Source: Eledone cirrhosa
Taxonomy: Eukaryota
Assembly: GCA_964016885.1 (NCBI GenBank)
Contig: OZ024743.1
Location: forward strand, 36,022,001-36,086,000
Direction: 5' to 3'
DNA: 64,000 bases
A program made the translations under genes and the position numbers. Numbering within the stretch: position 1 is the first letter of the stretch; every line of letters starts with the position of its first letter. Positions 41,624-55,847 of the stretch are shown piece by piece. The notes beneath the pieces are model-generated. The model was given only the letters and a program-made list of their open reading frames with translations. It was not told the DNA's origin and did no database searches.

Positions 41624-42540
41624 AAAATAAATGAAAACAATCATTTTTTCTGTTTGTCAAATTGTATGTCTTTATTTCTATGTAGCTTTCTTTCTTTCGC
41701 CCTCCCTTCTTTCTTTTCATCCTTTCGTTTCTGTTTGTCTTTCTTCTCTAAAACAACATTAAAAAAGTTATTCGCGAACTCCGGGTGTAAAGGAAGCATC
41801 ATTGCGATTGTAAAAGCTAACAAAGACAAACTGCCTTGTAATCTTGAAAGCAAGAAATTTTTCACACATAAAGACAAACGAGAGAATAAAATGAAACAAC
41901 AACAAAAAAAATGAAGAAAATTTCGGTATGTGTTGTATAAAATCTGAAATATAGCAGACGATAGCCAATAAACACAGCAGTTTTCTTTCATGGTTTAATA
42001 AAACAAAACATACACAATAATAAATAAATGAATAAATATGCCTACTCTTTACAGGGTTAATCCCAAAGCTAACCACAAACGAACAATTTCGCACAAGATG
42101 CAAAATAATATAACAGTATTTTATAGCATCAAACCCTTTCGTAATTATGTTTTTGCACACTGATGTATTGCCAATGCGATCACTATTGAGACTGGCAATT
42201 GCTAACTTCCATATATATAATAAACACAGCGTCCGTGTATAGGAGACCAAACATTAAGCTTAGCTACATAAAGATGAAGGATATAACATATTCAGTGAAC
42301 CATTATAACTCAAAAGATACTATCTCGTACTTGGAAATGTGTGTGTACTGTTTAATAGCGAGATATTAAAGAAAGTATTAGACAAAGCCTCATTAACATA
42401 GTACAATGAAGTACATTAGTATTTGGGCTAATGTTCATGTTCAAAATTGGGGAAAATTAATCAAAACGTCAGAAAGCAATTAAATCACACGGTTTAAACA
42501 TACATGCTCATATATACACTTACGTATACGCCTACCTATA

Positions 42541-42629
<89 letters not shown>

Positions 42630-43186
42630 ATATATATATATATAAAGAAACAGCGATGAAGTTTCATTTACATGTTTTTATTGATTGTCGACCTGTACGT
42701 ACGTTTCACAGATGATTGGCTCAACAGAAAAGTCCACAAGGGAAATAACACAGGATACCAATACAGTAAAATAATGATATTTTAGTTTAACCGTTGATAT
42801 ATTCGGAAACAAACTCTTAACGTTTCGGACGCTAGTCTTTCATCGAGATAGAAGAGGGGATGTTTGGAAGAGAGAAGATAGACAGAAGTAAGAAAAAGAA
42901 AAGTAAACAGGAAAAATAGATAGGAAAGGAGGCAGGTGTTGTTGTTAGTCATCTTAAGAAATCAGTAAATAAATATAAAGACAGATGCAAAAACAATTAA
43001 AACTAATGGGATATATATAGTGTAGGAAGGAAGGAAAGTATGGTCCTCCGTCGGTTTGGAAGATGAGTGTTCCAGTTGTTGCTGATGAAAATAAAGTGTA
43101 AGTAGCTGAGCAATCCACAGTCACGTGTACTCTTAACGTAATTCCAATAGAGTGTACATGTGTATATATATATATGCTTGCCTAAT

Positions 43187-43228
<42 letters not shown>

Positions 43229-43230
<2 letters not shown>

Positions 43231-43353
43231 AAAGGATTCAGATCTAAACTGTCTAGATCTAGCTGTCGAAATGGCCAGAGCTCAGCTACCCTAACTATCG
43301 AGTACTCTGGTGCGTTATGGTCCACCTGGTTCCTTACCACACTTCCTTTCTTT
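43229..43353. mobile_element. Repeat family T, copy 2
   Basis: CTAGCTGTCGAAATGGCCAGAGCTCAGC followed by GAGTACTCTGGTGCGTTATGGTCCACCTGG; (TA)n flanks. Confidence 0.8.
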
Positions 43354-43433
<80 letters not shown>

Positions 43434-43799
43434 TGTATATATGCATGTATATACGGTATCTTTGAATTACAAGTACAGTCCATCCGACGGTTTTTTAAAC
43501 AGTTTCCGTCAACCCAATATCACGAGGCTATGGTATATGACACTTGCCAAAGATGCTAAGCAGTGGGATAGAAGCACGGGGTTATACTACGTGTACGACA
43601 ATATAATATTCTAACACATTATATCAAAAGAAAATCTTACCAAAAAGATCTACTTTTCTTTATAACTATAATAGAAGAAAATAGAGTATTTTAGTCACCA
43701 GCTTTTGTTATAATGAATGCAGTCATACTTTGTTTCAAACAGGCATGGATCATTGCATTTATTTACGTATGCACGTATGTATGCACACAATATATATAC

Positions 43800-43855
<56 letters not shown>

Positions 43856-43874
43856 TCATCTATGTATATGTATG

Positions 43875-43925
<51 letters not shown>

Positions 43926-45769
43926 GCATTCAATATTCATGCAAACAGAAGTAAAACCAGTAAAGTCCTCTCAGTCTAATGTACTTTGTATCTTTGCCAA
44001 ACCGTCAATTCGTTTCATGTTCAAAATGTCAACTGACGTTCGTCTGTAAGCCTCTAAGGATTACCTCCCCATGCTGGGAATTCGATCAAACGGTTGCTGT
44101 AAGTGTTCTTCAGCCAATAATAATGAACTTCGAAAACCGACCTTTTTGTACGAACAAAATATTTTCTTTTCCTCACCTTGTTTTAGTTGATTATATCGAT
44201 CCTAGTGCTTATTTTATCGATCTCATTTTGTTGAACCGCTAGTTTACAGAACATAATAGGTACATATGCATACATACAGTACCTCCCCCTATATACATAC
44301 GACGGGTTTCTATAGTTTCTGTTAACCAAATTCCACTCACAAGGCATTGGCCCCTCCAAGGCTACTAGAAGTCGGGATTGGACTCAAGACCACGCGGTTG
44401 CGAAGTAAACTTTTGCACATAGTCATACTGACACCTCTAATATATTTATTGAAGAGAAATAACAAAACAAAACAAAAGAATAAACCACAACAAAAACACA
44501 TAAGCACACTTTCAGCCTCATCTACTCATCAGAACAACTTTACAAACTGTGATTCCTACCATAACACAAGGCTGCAACAAACCAGCGAGAGAACATATAT
44601 GCTAGAAGTTAATCTGTTAAAATTAACTGCCAAATGTGCCTCTAAAATAAAAAAAATATATAACGAGGAAGCACATGAATAATTTAGTCCTGAAAACAAT
44701 GATGGATGGTCATGACTAGAATGTCTTTGATGATAGATCTATTTGATCAGGGTTGAGATGGGACTAAACAAGAATAACAATAAAAATGCCATGCGTTTTG
44801 GAAGCAAGGTATGGTCGATAGAAATGAAGGATGGAATTTTAAAAAATACTACTACAGGTGAGCCAATCACATTATAAAAACTAAATTCAGTGCTAAAAAT
44901 AAAACAGTAAGTATATACTGTGCTGTACATCTTATTTGTAAACTATAACTTTAACATATTAAATATCAGTCCATGAAACATATACATATATACCAGGTCC
45001 GAACACAAAAGAACCAATCTCCCACTGACACTGTCTTAATCTCCCCCCGCTTCTCCCGTCTCTCATTATTATGAGCAAATGGTGGCCCCACGGCCCGGCA
45101 GACAGAATAGTAGAAGTTAAGTGAATTGAAGAGCTTGGATAGAAACACATACACACGCACAAACAAATTATACTGAGGTGTACAAAGGTATAGCCGATTA
45201 AATCGATCCCAACTGGTTCATATACTATCCACCCCGACAAAAGGAGATGCAAATTTTGATCGTGATCGAATTTGAACTCAGAATACACAAGACTGGATTC
45301 AGCAAGAGGACACCATGGCGACAATATAAAACGTGTAAGTGCCCTAACAGAGAGAGGGGGGGGGGGCAGAGAGAGAGAGAGAGACAGAAAGACACACAGA
45401 CAGACGGACGGACACACAGATATATGATTATATATTTATATATATACAGATATTTTAGGTATGCGCTTGGTGTTCAAGGGTTACCGGATAGGGTTTTTTT
45501 TTTCTTCACTTCCGGAATTCGAATACCGAGGCGTGAAATATATACAATGAATGGTTATATGAGAACAACGGACGAAAAAAAAAAAGAAAAATATGCATTA
45601 TCAAAAGAACAAGAAAAAAAAAAAGAGAAACCAGCGCATGAGTACAACAAGCCTTTGACATCGGCAAAGTTGAAATAGGTTAGTTACACAACAGTGACTA
45701 CACCATAAAACAAAACGGAAACCGTAGGGAAGTACTTGGCATTCATTTTGAATATTACACTTAAATCTT

Positions 45770-45836
45770 GATATATATATACACACACACATACACATGT
45801 ATATATATGTATATATATGTATATATATATGTATAC

Positions 45837-45878
<42 letters not shown>

Positions 45879-45927
45879 CTATATATGTATATATATATAT
45901 ATATATGTATATATATCTCTATATATA

Positions 45928-45970
<43 letters not shown>

Positions 45971-46019
45971 CTCTCTCTATATATATATATATGTGTATAT
46001 ATATATATATATGTATATG

Positions 46020-46107
<88 letters not shown>

Positions 46108-46114
46108 GAGAGAG

Positions 46115-46147
<33 letters not shown>

Positions 46148-46156
46148 CATATATAG

Positions 46157-46202
<46 letters not shown>

Positions 46203-46250
46203 GTATACATATATATATACATATATATACATATATATATATACACACAC
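45770..46250. repeat. Compound (TA)n microsatellite
   Basis: Direct inspection. Confidence 0.95.
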
Positions 46251-46485
46251 ATATATGTGGTGTGTGTGTATGTGTATTACATGTCACTCTTTCCCTCTTT
46301 TTCTCTCTCTCTCTCTCCCACACACACACATATATATTATTTATCGATTAGTTTCAAGAGGGAATTCTCTCATGATCTGTGTAAGTGTTCCAGACTTCCG
46401 AGATCGATGCAGTCGGTAGTTTAAAGCTGGTATATATTTTTTATTACCGTTTTGTGTGAGAGGTTCAATGTCCATAGCCCTAATG

Positions 46486-46745
46486 AAGTACCAGTAATAC
46501 ACTGGAATAATTGCTGGCCTTGTACCAAAAGTAGAAACAATTATATTATATTATTAATGGCGGTGGATTGGCAGTATCGGTAGAGGGTCGGACGCCATGC
46601 TTTCCAGCATAGTTACGTCCCTTTACGATCTGAGTTCAAATCCCGCCGAGGTTAACGTTGCCTTTCATCCTTACGGGGTCGATAAAATAAAGTACCAGTA
46701 ATGCACTGGATAATTGCTGGCCTTGTGCCTAAAGTAGAAACAATT
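46486..46745 (+). mobile_element. SINE A 3' fragment (46486-46543) plus full type I copy (46559-46745)
   Basis: Consensus match. Confidence 0.9.
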
Positions 46746-46769
46746 ATATTATATTATATTATATATAAT

Positions 46770-46860
46770 GTGAAAGAGTCGAAAACCCGACGGCTGAGCT
46801 CTTGCCGTTTCAACAGCTAGTTCCAGCATCTGGAACTAGCTCTACTACCTCAAGTATTGC
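46770..46860. mobile_element. Repeat family T, copy 3, with internal hairpin
   Basis: CCCGACGGCTGAGCTC...AGCTAGTTCCAG-CAT-CTGGAACTAGCT-CTACTACC.CAAGTATTG. Confidence 0.7.
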
Positions 46861-46893
46861 ATATATTTTGATTTATATATATTTATATATATT

Positions 46894-46929
<36 letters not shown>

Positions 46930-47050
46930 CGTGTGTGTGCATATGTATATATACATATGTGTGTATATCTCTATAGTATATGTGTGCGTGTTATATATAT
47001 GTATAATATATATATACATGTATTTAAACACATACGTGTATATGAGTAAG

Positions 47051-47083
<33 letters not shown>

Positions 47084-47084
47084 C

Positions 47085-47157
<73 letters not shown>

Positions 47158-47542
47158 GATAGTGATAGTTGCAGTAGAAACTAATTGAAAGCAGCCTACG
47201 AACGGAACTGAAAAATCCCGTTGCAAAACATTCGCTGCTGGGATATCCATGTTGTTCCATCTACAGCTCCATTTCTAACACTAGCACCACTAGCTAGCTA
47301 GTTGCTATATTGAAAGCACAGGAAGTGCTTTGTAAAAGAAAAAAAATGACTGCTGGGTAATGAGTGGAAACAAGCAAGGATGTTGATATTAATGTGTTAA
47401 TATGGCAATGCAACACTCCCTCTTTTTCCTCCACTCACCACTACCATTACCACGACCATCACCACTTGTTCGTAACAGCAAACTGTTCCAGCGTGACCAA
47501 CTAACAGGGGAAGGGAGAGAAAGAGAGAGGGGATATATATAT

Positions 47543-47585
<43 letters not shown>

Positions 47586-47797
47586 ATATATATATATATA
47601 GTGAGAGAGAGAGAGAGGGAAATAATCACAGTAAAATTAGCATATATATATATATATATACGTATGTGTGTGTGTGTGTGTGTTTGTTATCTAATTTGCT
47701 GTGTTCGTTTATTTATCTATGCATATAACTACACACAAACGTATATTTGTTTTCTTAAGTATGTATATCAACTCACATTATATATAATATATATAAG

Positions 47798-48185
47798 AGG
47801 GCGGTGAATTGGCAGTATCGGTAGAGGGTCGGATATGCTTTCCAGCATAGTTACGTCCCTTTACGATCTGAGTTCAAATCCCGCCGAGGTTAACTTTGCC
47901 TTTCGTCCATACAGAGGTCGATAAAATAAAGTACCGGTAATGTACTGGGTAATTGCTGGCCTTGTGCCAAAAGTAGAAACAATTATATATATATAGCGGT
48001 GGATTGGCAGTATCGGTAGAGGGTCGGACGCCATGCTTTGACGCATAGAGTTACGGCCCTTGCCGTTCTGAGTTCAAATCCCGCCGAGGTTAACTTTGCC
48101 TTTCATCCTTACGGGGTCGATAAAATAAAGTACCAGTAATGCACTGGATAATTGCACTGGCCTTGTGCCAAAAGTAGAAACAATT
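47798..48185 (+). mobile_element. Tandem SINE A pair: type I (47798-47984) then type II (47996-48185)
   Basis: Diagnostic CTTTCCAGCATAGTTACGTCCC in the first copy, CTTTGACGCATAGAGTTACGGCCC in the second. Confidence 0.92.
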
Positions 48186-48537
48186 ATATATATATATATA
48201 TATATACATATATACTCTATGAAGATTATACTTATGCCAAGTAGTTGCTTTTTTGCACCTACATACAGCACAATTGGACACTTATAGAACGTTTACATAA
48301 GTATTCCTTCTCACCTAACCTTCGATGTTATTTATACCTTAACTTTCAAAATTGAAAACTATTCATCACATATAATACATATATTTCGTTCTAGTCTCGT
48401 GTATAAAACCAACGAAACATTTCTTGGAATCTTGCAAAACTGGTTTTGAACCTCACACAGATTATTTTTCCTATTACGAAATGGAAGTTTTATATCATTT
48501 CTCAGGTGTAATATTTTGAAATCTATCCATTCCCTCA

Positions 48538-49185
<648 letters not shown>

Positions 49186-49429
49186 GTGTCAATATGTATA
49201 TGTGTCCATGTTTCATTCAGAAACTACGGGAAGAACACCGTAAACCATGTATATTGTTATTTGCCATCTCACTTTGAAGGTTTGCATTGCTTTTAATTCC
49301 ATATAGAGAGCAGTGATGTGATTAAATGAGATTCTTTTGAAAAATCTAAATAGCTCTTCTTTCAATTAACTCCCTTTGTTGCTTCTATTTCACTTCTAGA
49401 ATCAAGTCATTTTATGTCTCTCTCTCTCT

Positions 49430-49692
49430 GTATGTATGTCTATCTTTGTATGTATGTGTACGGATGTGTATGTATGTATGTATGTATGTATGTATGTATG
49501 TATGTATGTATGTATGTATGTATGTATGTATGTATGTATGTATGTTCTTTTGTGCATGAGCCAACGATAGAATCCTCAATATGGTATTTCGGCTTGAAAG
49601 AAATTGCAGTCAAATCTCCATAAAATCTCATGCTACTTTCTTCCACTCCTTTTGATACAACACCCGGACATTGCCGGGTAATTCTGCTAGTT
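49430..49692 (+). mobile_element. Possible non-autonomous Helitron/Helentron end
   Basis: (GTAT)n, then hairpin ACCCGG-ACATTG-CCGGGT (49662-49679), then CTAG|T at 49687-49691. Confidence 0.5.
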
Positions 49693-50721
49693 TCCTATAC
49701 GGAAGACATAAATTGGCTACCCCATGGACCGTAGCGTGATTAATTGTCCACATAACATAAATCTAACCAGAAGCTGTTATAACATAAGACGTTTATATTT
49801 TTCAGAAGTGAAGACTCCAGATAATTTCTTGTATGTAATATTTGCTGTAGTGTTCCTACTTTGAAACACCCTAGGGATCGCCCTCAGGAAACACTTGAAA
49901 CTAATTATCCATCTCATATAATCTGACAGAACACTGATGCAAGCAGAAGATGCTATTTAGAAATCAATACATCGGGTTATTCTTAAGAAGTTGCATTCGT
50001 CGTAATGCAATTATGACCATAATATTTCTTATTAGCCGCCATTTTGACTGGAAAATGTCCGTTATTTTCCATTTAATCAAATCAATATGATAAAATAAAA
50101 TGAAATAAAATGAAAAGGCAATTTGAATAAATTTCTCCGCCCTCGTTTCGTTTCTTCCTCCCCCACCCAACCTTTATCCTTGTTATCAACGAAGCCTATC
50201 ACGTGTATCTAAAATAAAAGCATTCCTAATCAGGGTAAAATGACAGTGTGTCATAAATATATTGATAGAAAAATGGATTGAAAACTCTCACCCGTAGCCG
50301 AAGCATGAAAAAATATACAACACTCTAATTAACTTTGGAACAACAACAACAGCAACGACAACGACGACGTCGAAGACAACAACAACAACAACAACAACAA
50401 CAACAGCAGCAGCAGTAGCAACAAAACCATCATCATCATCATCATCATCATCAAAGATAATGGTAACTACAAAAGCGAAATTATCTTCATCATCTTTATC
50501 TGTTCCAATACAACAGAATGAAGAATATCACCATCATCCCTATTCCGCAACACCATCGGCACCATCATGCTACACGATACATATCTTCCTTAACCCTTTC
50601 CTTGCCATATTTCTATTGAAACAATATAGCCTATGGTTTTCAAACAATTTTAAAGATAAAGAATTTGGAAATATTTAGTACTATAACTTTCTCATTAAGT
50701 TGTTGTTTGGATTGGAGCATG

Positions 50722-50777
<56 letters not shown>

Positions 50778-50787
50778 AGAGAGAGAG

Positions 50788-50849
<62 letters not shown>

Positions 50850-50852
<3 letters not shown>

Positions 50853-51010
50853 ACCAGCCTCGGTAGCAGTTTGGTACTTTATTGATTTCGAAAGGATGAA
50901 AGACAAAGATGACCTCGGCAAGATTTGAATTCAGAGCGCCGTGAGCCGGAACAAATACCGAGCTATTTTTAATCCAACGTTTTAACACCTCTGTTAATTC
51001 GTCGCCTTAG
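50850..51010 (-). mobile_element. SINE family A, diverged
   Basis: GGTACTTTATT...AAGGATGAAAGACAAAGATGACCTCGGC...ATTTGAATTCAG. Confidence 0.7.
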
Positions 51011-51012
51011 TT

Positions 51013-51478
51013 TATTGACAAGGAGGAGGATAGTCCGCTCTGTAGGATCTGTGGTGAGAGAAGGGTAACTGGGGCTCACATCGTGTCCCAGTGTAAACAC
51101 CTAGCCCAGACTCACTATAAAGGATGGAGACATGATATCATAGGAAACGTGATCCACTGGCATTCATGCAAACTGAACAAATTACCTCATTCTAAGAAAT
51201 GGTACGAATATAAGCCAGAGAGTCGGTAATAAAAAAACGATCGGGTGAAAATTATCTGGGATTTCAGGATACAAACAGACAAAGAAGTAGAACACAATAG
51301 GCCTGACCTGGTGGTTTTGACAAGGAAAATAGATCTTGCTTGATTATAGATATAGCTTGCCCATTTGACACAAGAGTACAAGAAAAAGAGGAGAAGGAGA
51401 AAATTAACCAGTACCAAGATCTACGGTGGGAACTGAAAAGGTTTTGGGATTGTCATGGTATCAAGGATGTCCAAATAT
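51013..51478 (+). pseudogene. Third R4/Dong-type LINE fragment (CCHC knuckle plus RLE endonuclease)
   Basis: CRICGE..TGAHIVSQC..LAQTHYK.WRHD...IHW...KWYEYKP...KIIWDFRIQTDKEVEHNRPDLVV...IIDIACPFD...KINQYQDLRWELKRFW. Confidence 0.88.
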
Positions 51479-52146
51479 TTCATAGTGTTGATTTCCTGTA
51501 TAGGTACAACCACCTATTTTCTTAAGGAGGAACAAGTCATTAAATCGCACCCTAGTCGTTGACTGTATGTTATCAATGACTGTGGGTGGTAGGATTAGTT
51601 AGAACTTTAATACTGAACAAATACCACAAGTTATTTTACTCGACGGTCTTTTGGTCGGATTCTACCAATTCAATGCCTTAAAATTTTTATATCATTTCTA
51701 AGATATGCACACGGTTATGAAATTTTGGCGGGAGCGGTCTAGATGGGGAGCAGCCGATCATATCGTTCCCATTATTTGGCACGTATTTGATTTCATCAAT
51801 CCTGAAAAGATGAAAGAAATAGTTGACTTCTGCGTAATTTGAACAGTAAAGAACAAGAAAAATATCGCAAGGTATTTTATCCGACATTCCAATGACTCCA
51901 AGAATTCACCAGCTAGTAGAAAAACCAAATTTATTTTAAGAGCAGCATTTATAGCTAAGTACACCATAGGAGATTTATGGTAGGTCTTGTATTATTTCAA
52001 ATCTTGAACGTAATTTACATGGGATATTTGAAGTACATTCGCAAAGTTGTGAAAACACCAAAGTATTGAAATCTTTTCATAAAGAAATTACAGAGTTTAT
52101 GTGTGTTGCATCCCTCTCTCTCACTCTCCATGGCTAATCCACCTCT

Positions 52147-52235
<89 letters not shown>

Positions 52236-53107
52236 GCTCACACACACACACGTGTACGTACGTATGTATGTATGTATGTATGTATGTATGTATGTATGTA
52301 TGTATGTATGTATGTATGTATGTATGTATGTATGTTTGTATGTATGTATGTATGTATGTTTGTATGTATGTATGTATGTATGTATGCATGTATGTATGTA
52401 TGTATGCATAAGCGATCGGGCACACACACACACATACATATATGGATGTGTGTATTTGTGTGCAAATTTATCGGTTATATTCTCTGTATTCGTACTATTA
52501 CATGAAAGCTTATAGGCTGAATATGCGGACATGTGTGTTTATATGTGTGTTTAAATGTACATATTATAATCTGTTAGCGTCTCTGCGTTTGCATGTGCGT
52601 GTGTTCGTGCACAAAAGATGTAGATGGTGTGATATGTATATGAGAGAGAACGGGGGGAGAGAGGGGGCGTGTATAACCAGTCTACATACAACATACACGT
52701 GGTATAGTGATAGTAAAAGATGTGAACAAGTGCAGTTATCGCATCTATCTATAGACATTCTAATCTCTGTATTTATCTCTATTTGCTTTTGTTGTTATTG
52801 CTGCTGGAGATGAGGTCCTACCATACGATTATCGCACCCCCAGGAGTTGAGGGACCACGATACAACATGTCTATGTTGTTGTTGTTGTTGCTGTTAGCTG
52901 CAGGTCAGCCTTGAAAGAACAATTTTAAGATGAAAGGCGTTCTAGCTGTGACCTTCCCATCAATTTTTGTTTGCTTGTATATTGGCCAATTTTCTTCATT
53001 TTTTAAGATAAGACGGTGGCGATCTACAATTTGAAGCAATTTAGCTGCTATTTCTTGCAGATCAAGTGAGTATATTGAGGCTTCCAGTTTGCGGCAGTGT
53101 TTGCATA

Positions 53108-53204
<97 letters not shown>

Positions 53205-53387
53205 AGCTGGATTAGCCTTCCCCCAAATTGCTGGCCTTGTGCCTAAATAAGAAACCGTTATTTGGCTCAAGCTTTTTTTTTTTATCACCAATACGATACT
53301 AAGAAAGAAATTAAAAACATGATCCTACTAACATATTTAAAGTCACTAGAATATCAATGTAGTAAATATCAAAAACAGAAGTATATT

Positions 53388-53751
53388 GCGGATTGGCAGT
53401 ATCGGTAGAGGGTCGAACGCCATGCTTTCTAGCATAGTTACGTCCCTTTGCAGACTGAGTTCAAATCCCACCGAGGTTAACTTTGCCTTTCATCCTTACG
53501 GGGTCGATAAAATAAAGTACCAGTAATGTACTGGGTAATTGCTGGCCTTGTGCCAAATGTAGAAACAATTATTGGCAGTATCGGTAGAGGGTCGGATGCC
53601 ATGCTTTGACGCATAGAGTTACGGTCCTTGCCATTCTGAGTTCAAATCCCGCCGAGGTTAACTTTGCCTTTCATCCTTACGGGGTCGATAAAATAAAGTA
53701 CCAGTAATACACTGGGTATTTGCTGGCCTTGTGCCAAACGTAGAAACAATT
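53388..53751 (+). mobile_element. Tandem SINE A pair: type I (53388-53570) then type II (53571-53751)
   Basis: Same diagnostic order as the 47798 pair. Confidence 0.92.
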
Positions 53752-54343
53752 ATTTTAAATCATCACTGACATCACTTTTAACTAACAAAAACTTTAAGAT
53801 CATTCAAGAAGTTTCCACATTATTGGAGGGGCTGAAGCTCCTTAGCGCCGGAAGGTTTGTGATCATTTCCATATCTTGCTGAGTCGGATATGATTCACTG
53901 AAAAGTTCGAAATGCATTCGTTCCTTTCATTAGTTGGTTTAAAAGACAAGATTAATTCTTGCCTGTATCGTCTTTATTTACCAAATATTTCGAATGGCTG
54001 ATATCGCAAGTGGTGAACTGGCAGAGTTTTTCGGACGACGGCTGGAATAATTTGTGCTATTCATTTCGGCTAAGTGGGGTGGATTTCCAGTATCGGGTGA
54101 GGGTCGGACGACCTTCTTCTTCTTCTCTCTTTCGAAAACTTCGGCTGTGTTCCAACTTAAAGAGGGATGTGTTCTGGCATGGTTAAATTGCCCTTATGTC
54201 GCCATTAGCAGTTAGAGAATCAGAATTTAATGAGTGATGTTATTGGGTTTAAGATTTTAAATTACTCCAGAGGGAGATTGTATCTACTAATTGCATGGAT
54301 AATCTCAGTTGATAAAAGTTTTTCAACTCATTATGTTACATTT

Positions 54344-54526
54344 GATTGGCAGTATCGGTAGAGGTTCGGACGCCATGCTTTGACGCATAGAGTTACGGCC
54401 CTTGCCATTCTGAGTTCAAATCCCGCCGAGGTTAACTTTGCCTTTCATCCTTACGGGGTCGATAAAATAAAGTACCAGTAATGTACTGGGTAATTTTCTG
54501 GCCTTGTGCCAATAGTAGAAACAATT
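54344..54526 (+). mobile_element. SINE family A, type II
   Basis: Consensus match. Confidence 0.9.
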
Positions 54527-54651
54527 ATATTTTACATATTACATATGAACAATCATATTGTGCGTGTATAGCGCTGTGTGTTTTGGTATCAACACAGAGT
54601 GTGTATAAGTCCATATGTATATATGTGTGTGTGTGTGTGGGGGGGGATACT

Positions 54652-54779
54652 GCAAGTGTACGTGTATGTAAGTGTACGTGTGTGTAAGTGTACGTGTGCG
54701 TAAGTGTACGTGTATGTAAGTGTATGCGTATGTAAGTGTATGTGTATGTAAGAGTACGTGTGTGTAAGTGTATGTGCGT
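54652..54779. repeat. 16-bp minisatellite (GTAAGTGTACGTGTRT) x8
   Basis: Eight consecutive 16-mers visible. Confidence 0.88.
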
Positions 54780-54935
54780 GTGCTGACCGAGTGTCTATCA
54801 TTGTGATTCAGTCACATTTTTTTCTAAACACACACACAAATACCTACACAAAGACACAAGCACATACAACATAGGCACACGCATACATACATACTTACAT
54901 ACATACCTACATAGATACGCGCACAAATACATACA

Positions 54936-54967
<32 letters not shown>

Positions 54968-55147
54968 CACATAATGCATACATACATACATGCATACATA
55001 CATACTTACTTACATACATACACATATACATACACACATACATACATACATACATACTTACTTACATACTTACACACATACATACATACACACATACTTA
55101 CATACATACATACGCACATACTTACATACTTACTTACATACATACGT

Positions 55148-55556
55148 GGTGGCTGCCAACTCGTTTTCGAGTACGGCCACTACTTTATATCCATGTAGGA
55201 GAACCCCTACCGATGCGCTGAACAAGTGTGACTTTTTAGTCCAGCCAGCAACTTGGAAACTCTGGTAAAAAAAACTACACTTGCGACAATTATTGACACA
55301 TAGTGCTTGGCCCATGGTACCATGTAACAACAAGAGCAAAGAGATCTCCAGATGTAAAGCAATGCCTGTGCCGTGAAGCTTTTATAGTGAGCAAAGGCAC
55401 TGCACAAAGCCAGTCCCACTCTCTTAACCAAGATGATATTTACCAAAAAGAAGAACAAGTCAACATCATTGGATACCATCAGGGTTGCAGGTGTTATATC
55501 AGAGTTTTCCTTCTCCTAGAATTCTGCCCTGACAAAGGCTAAGGGGTCATCTCTCC
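55148..55556 (-). mobile_element. NA-RTE, 5'-truncated copy
   Basis: Matches the 3' ~410 bp of the 39042 and 62237 copies; (CATA)n on both sides. Confidence 0.9.
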
Positions 55557-55847
55557 TCATACATACATACATACATACATACATACATACATACATACAT
55601 ACATACACACATACACACATACATACGTACATACATACTTACTTACATACTTACACACATACATACATACATACATACATACATACATACACACATACTT
55701 ACTTACATACATACTTACATACCTACATAGATACACACACAACTACTTACATACATACACACATAATGCATACATACATACATACATACATACATACATA
55801 CATACATACATACATACATACATGCATACATACATACATACGCACAT

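Noticed and set aside
46559-46660. tRNA genes suggested by box A/box B motifs
   Set aside because: These are SINE heads with extended A-B spacing, no complete cloverleaf, and SINE body and tail attached
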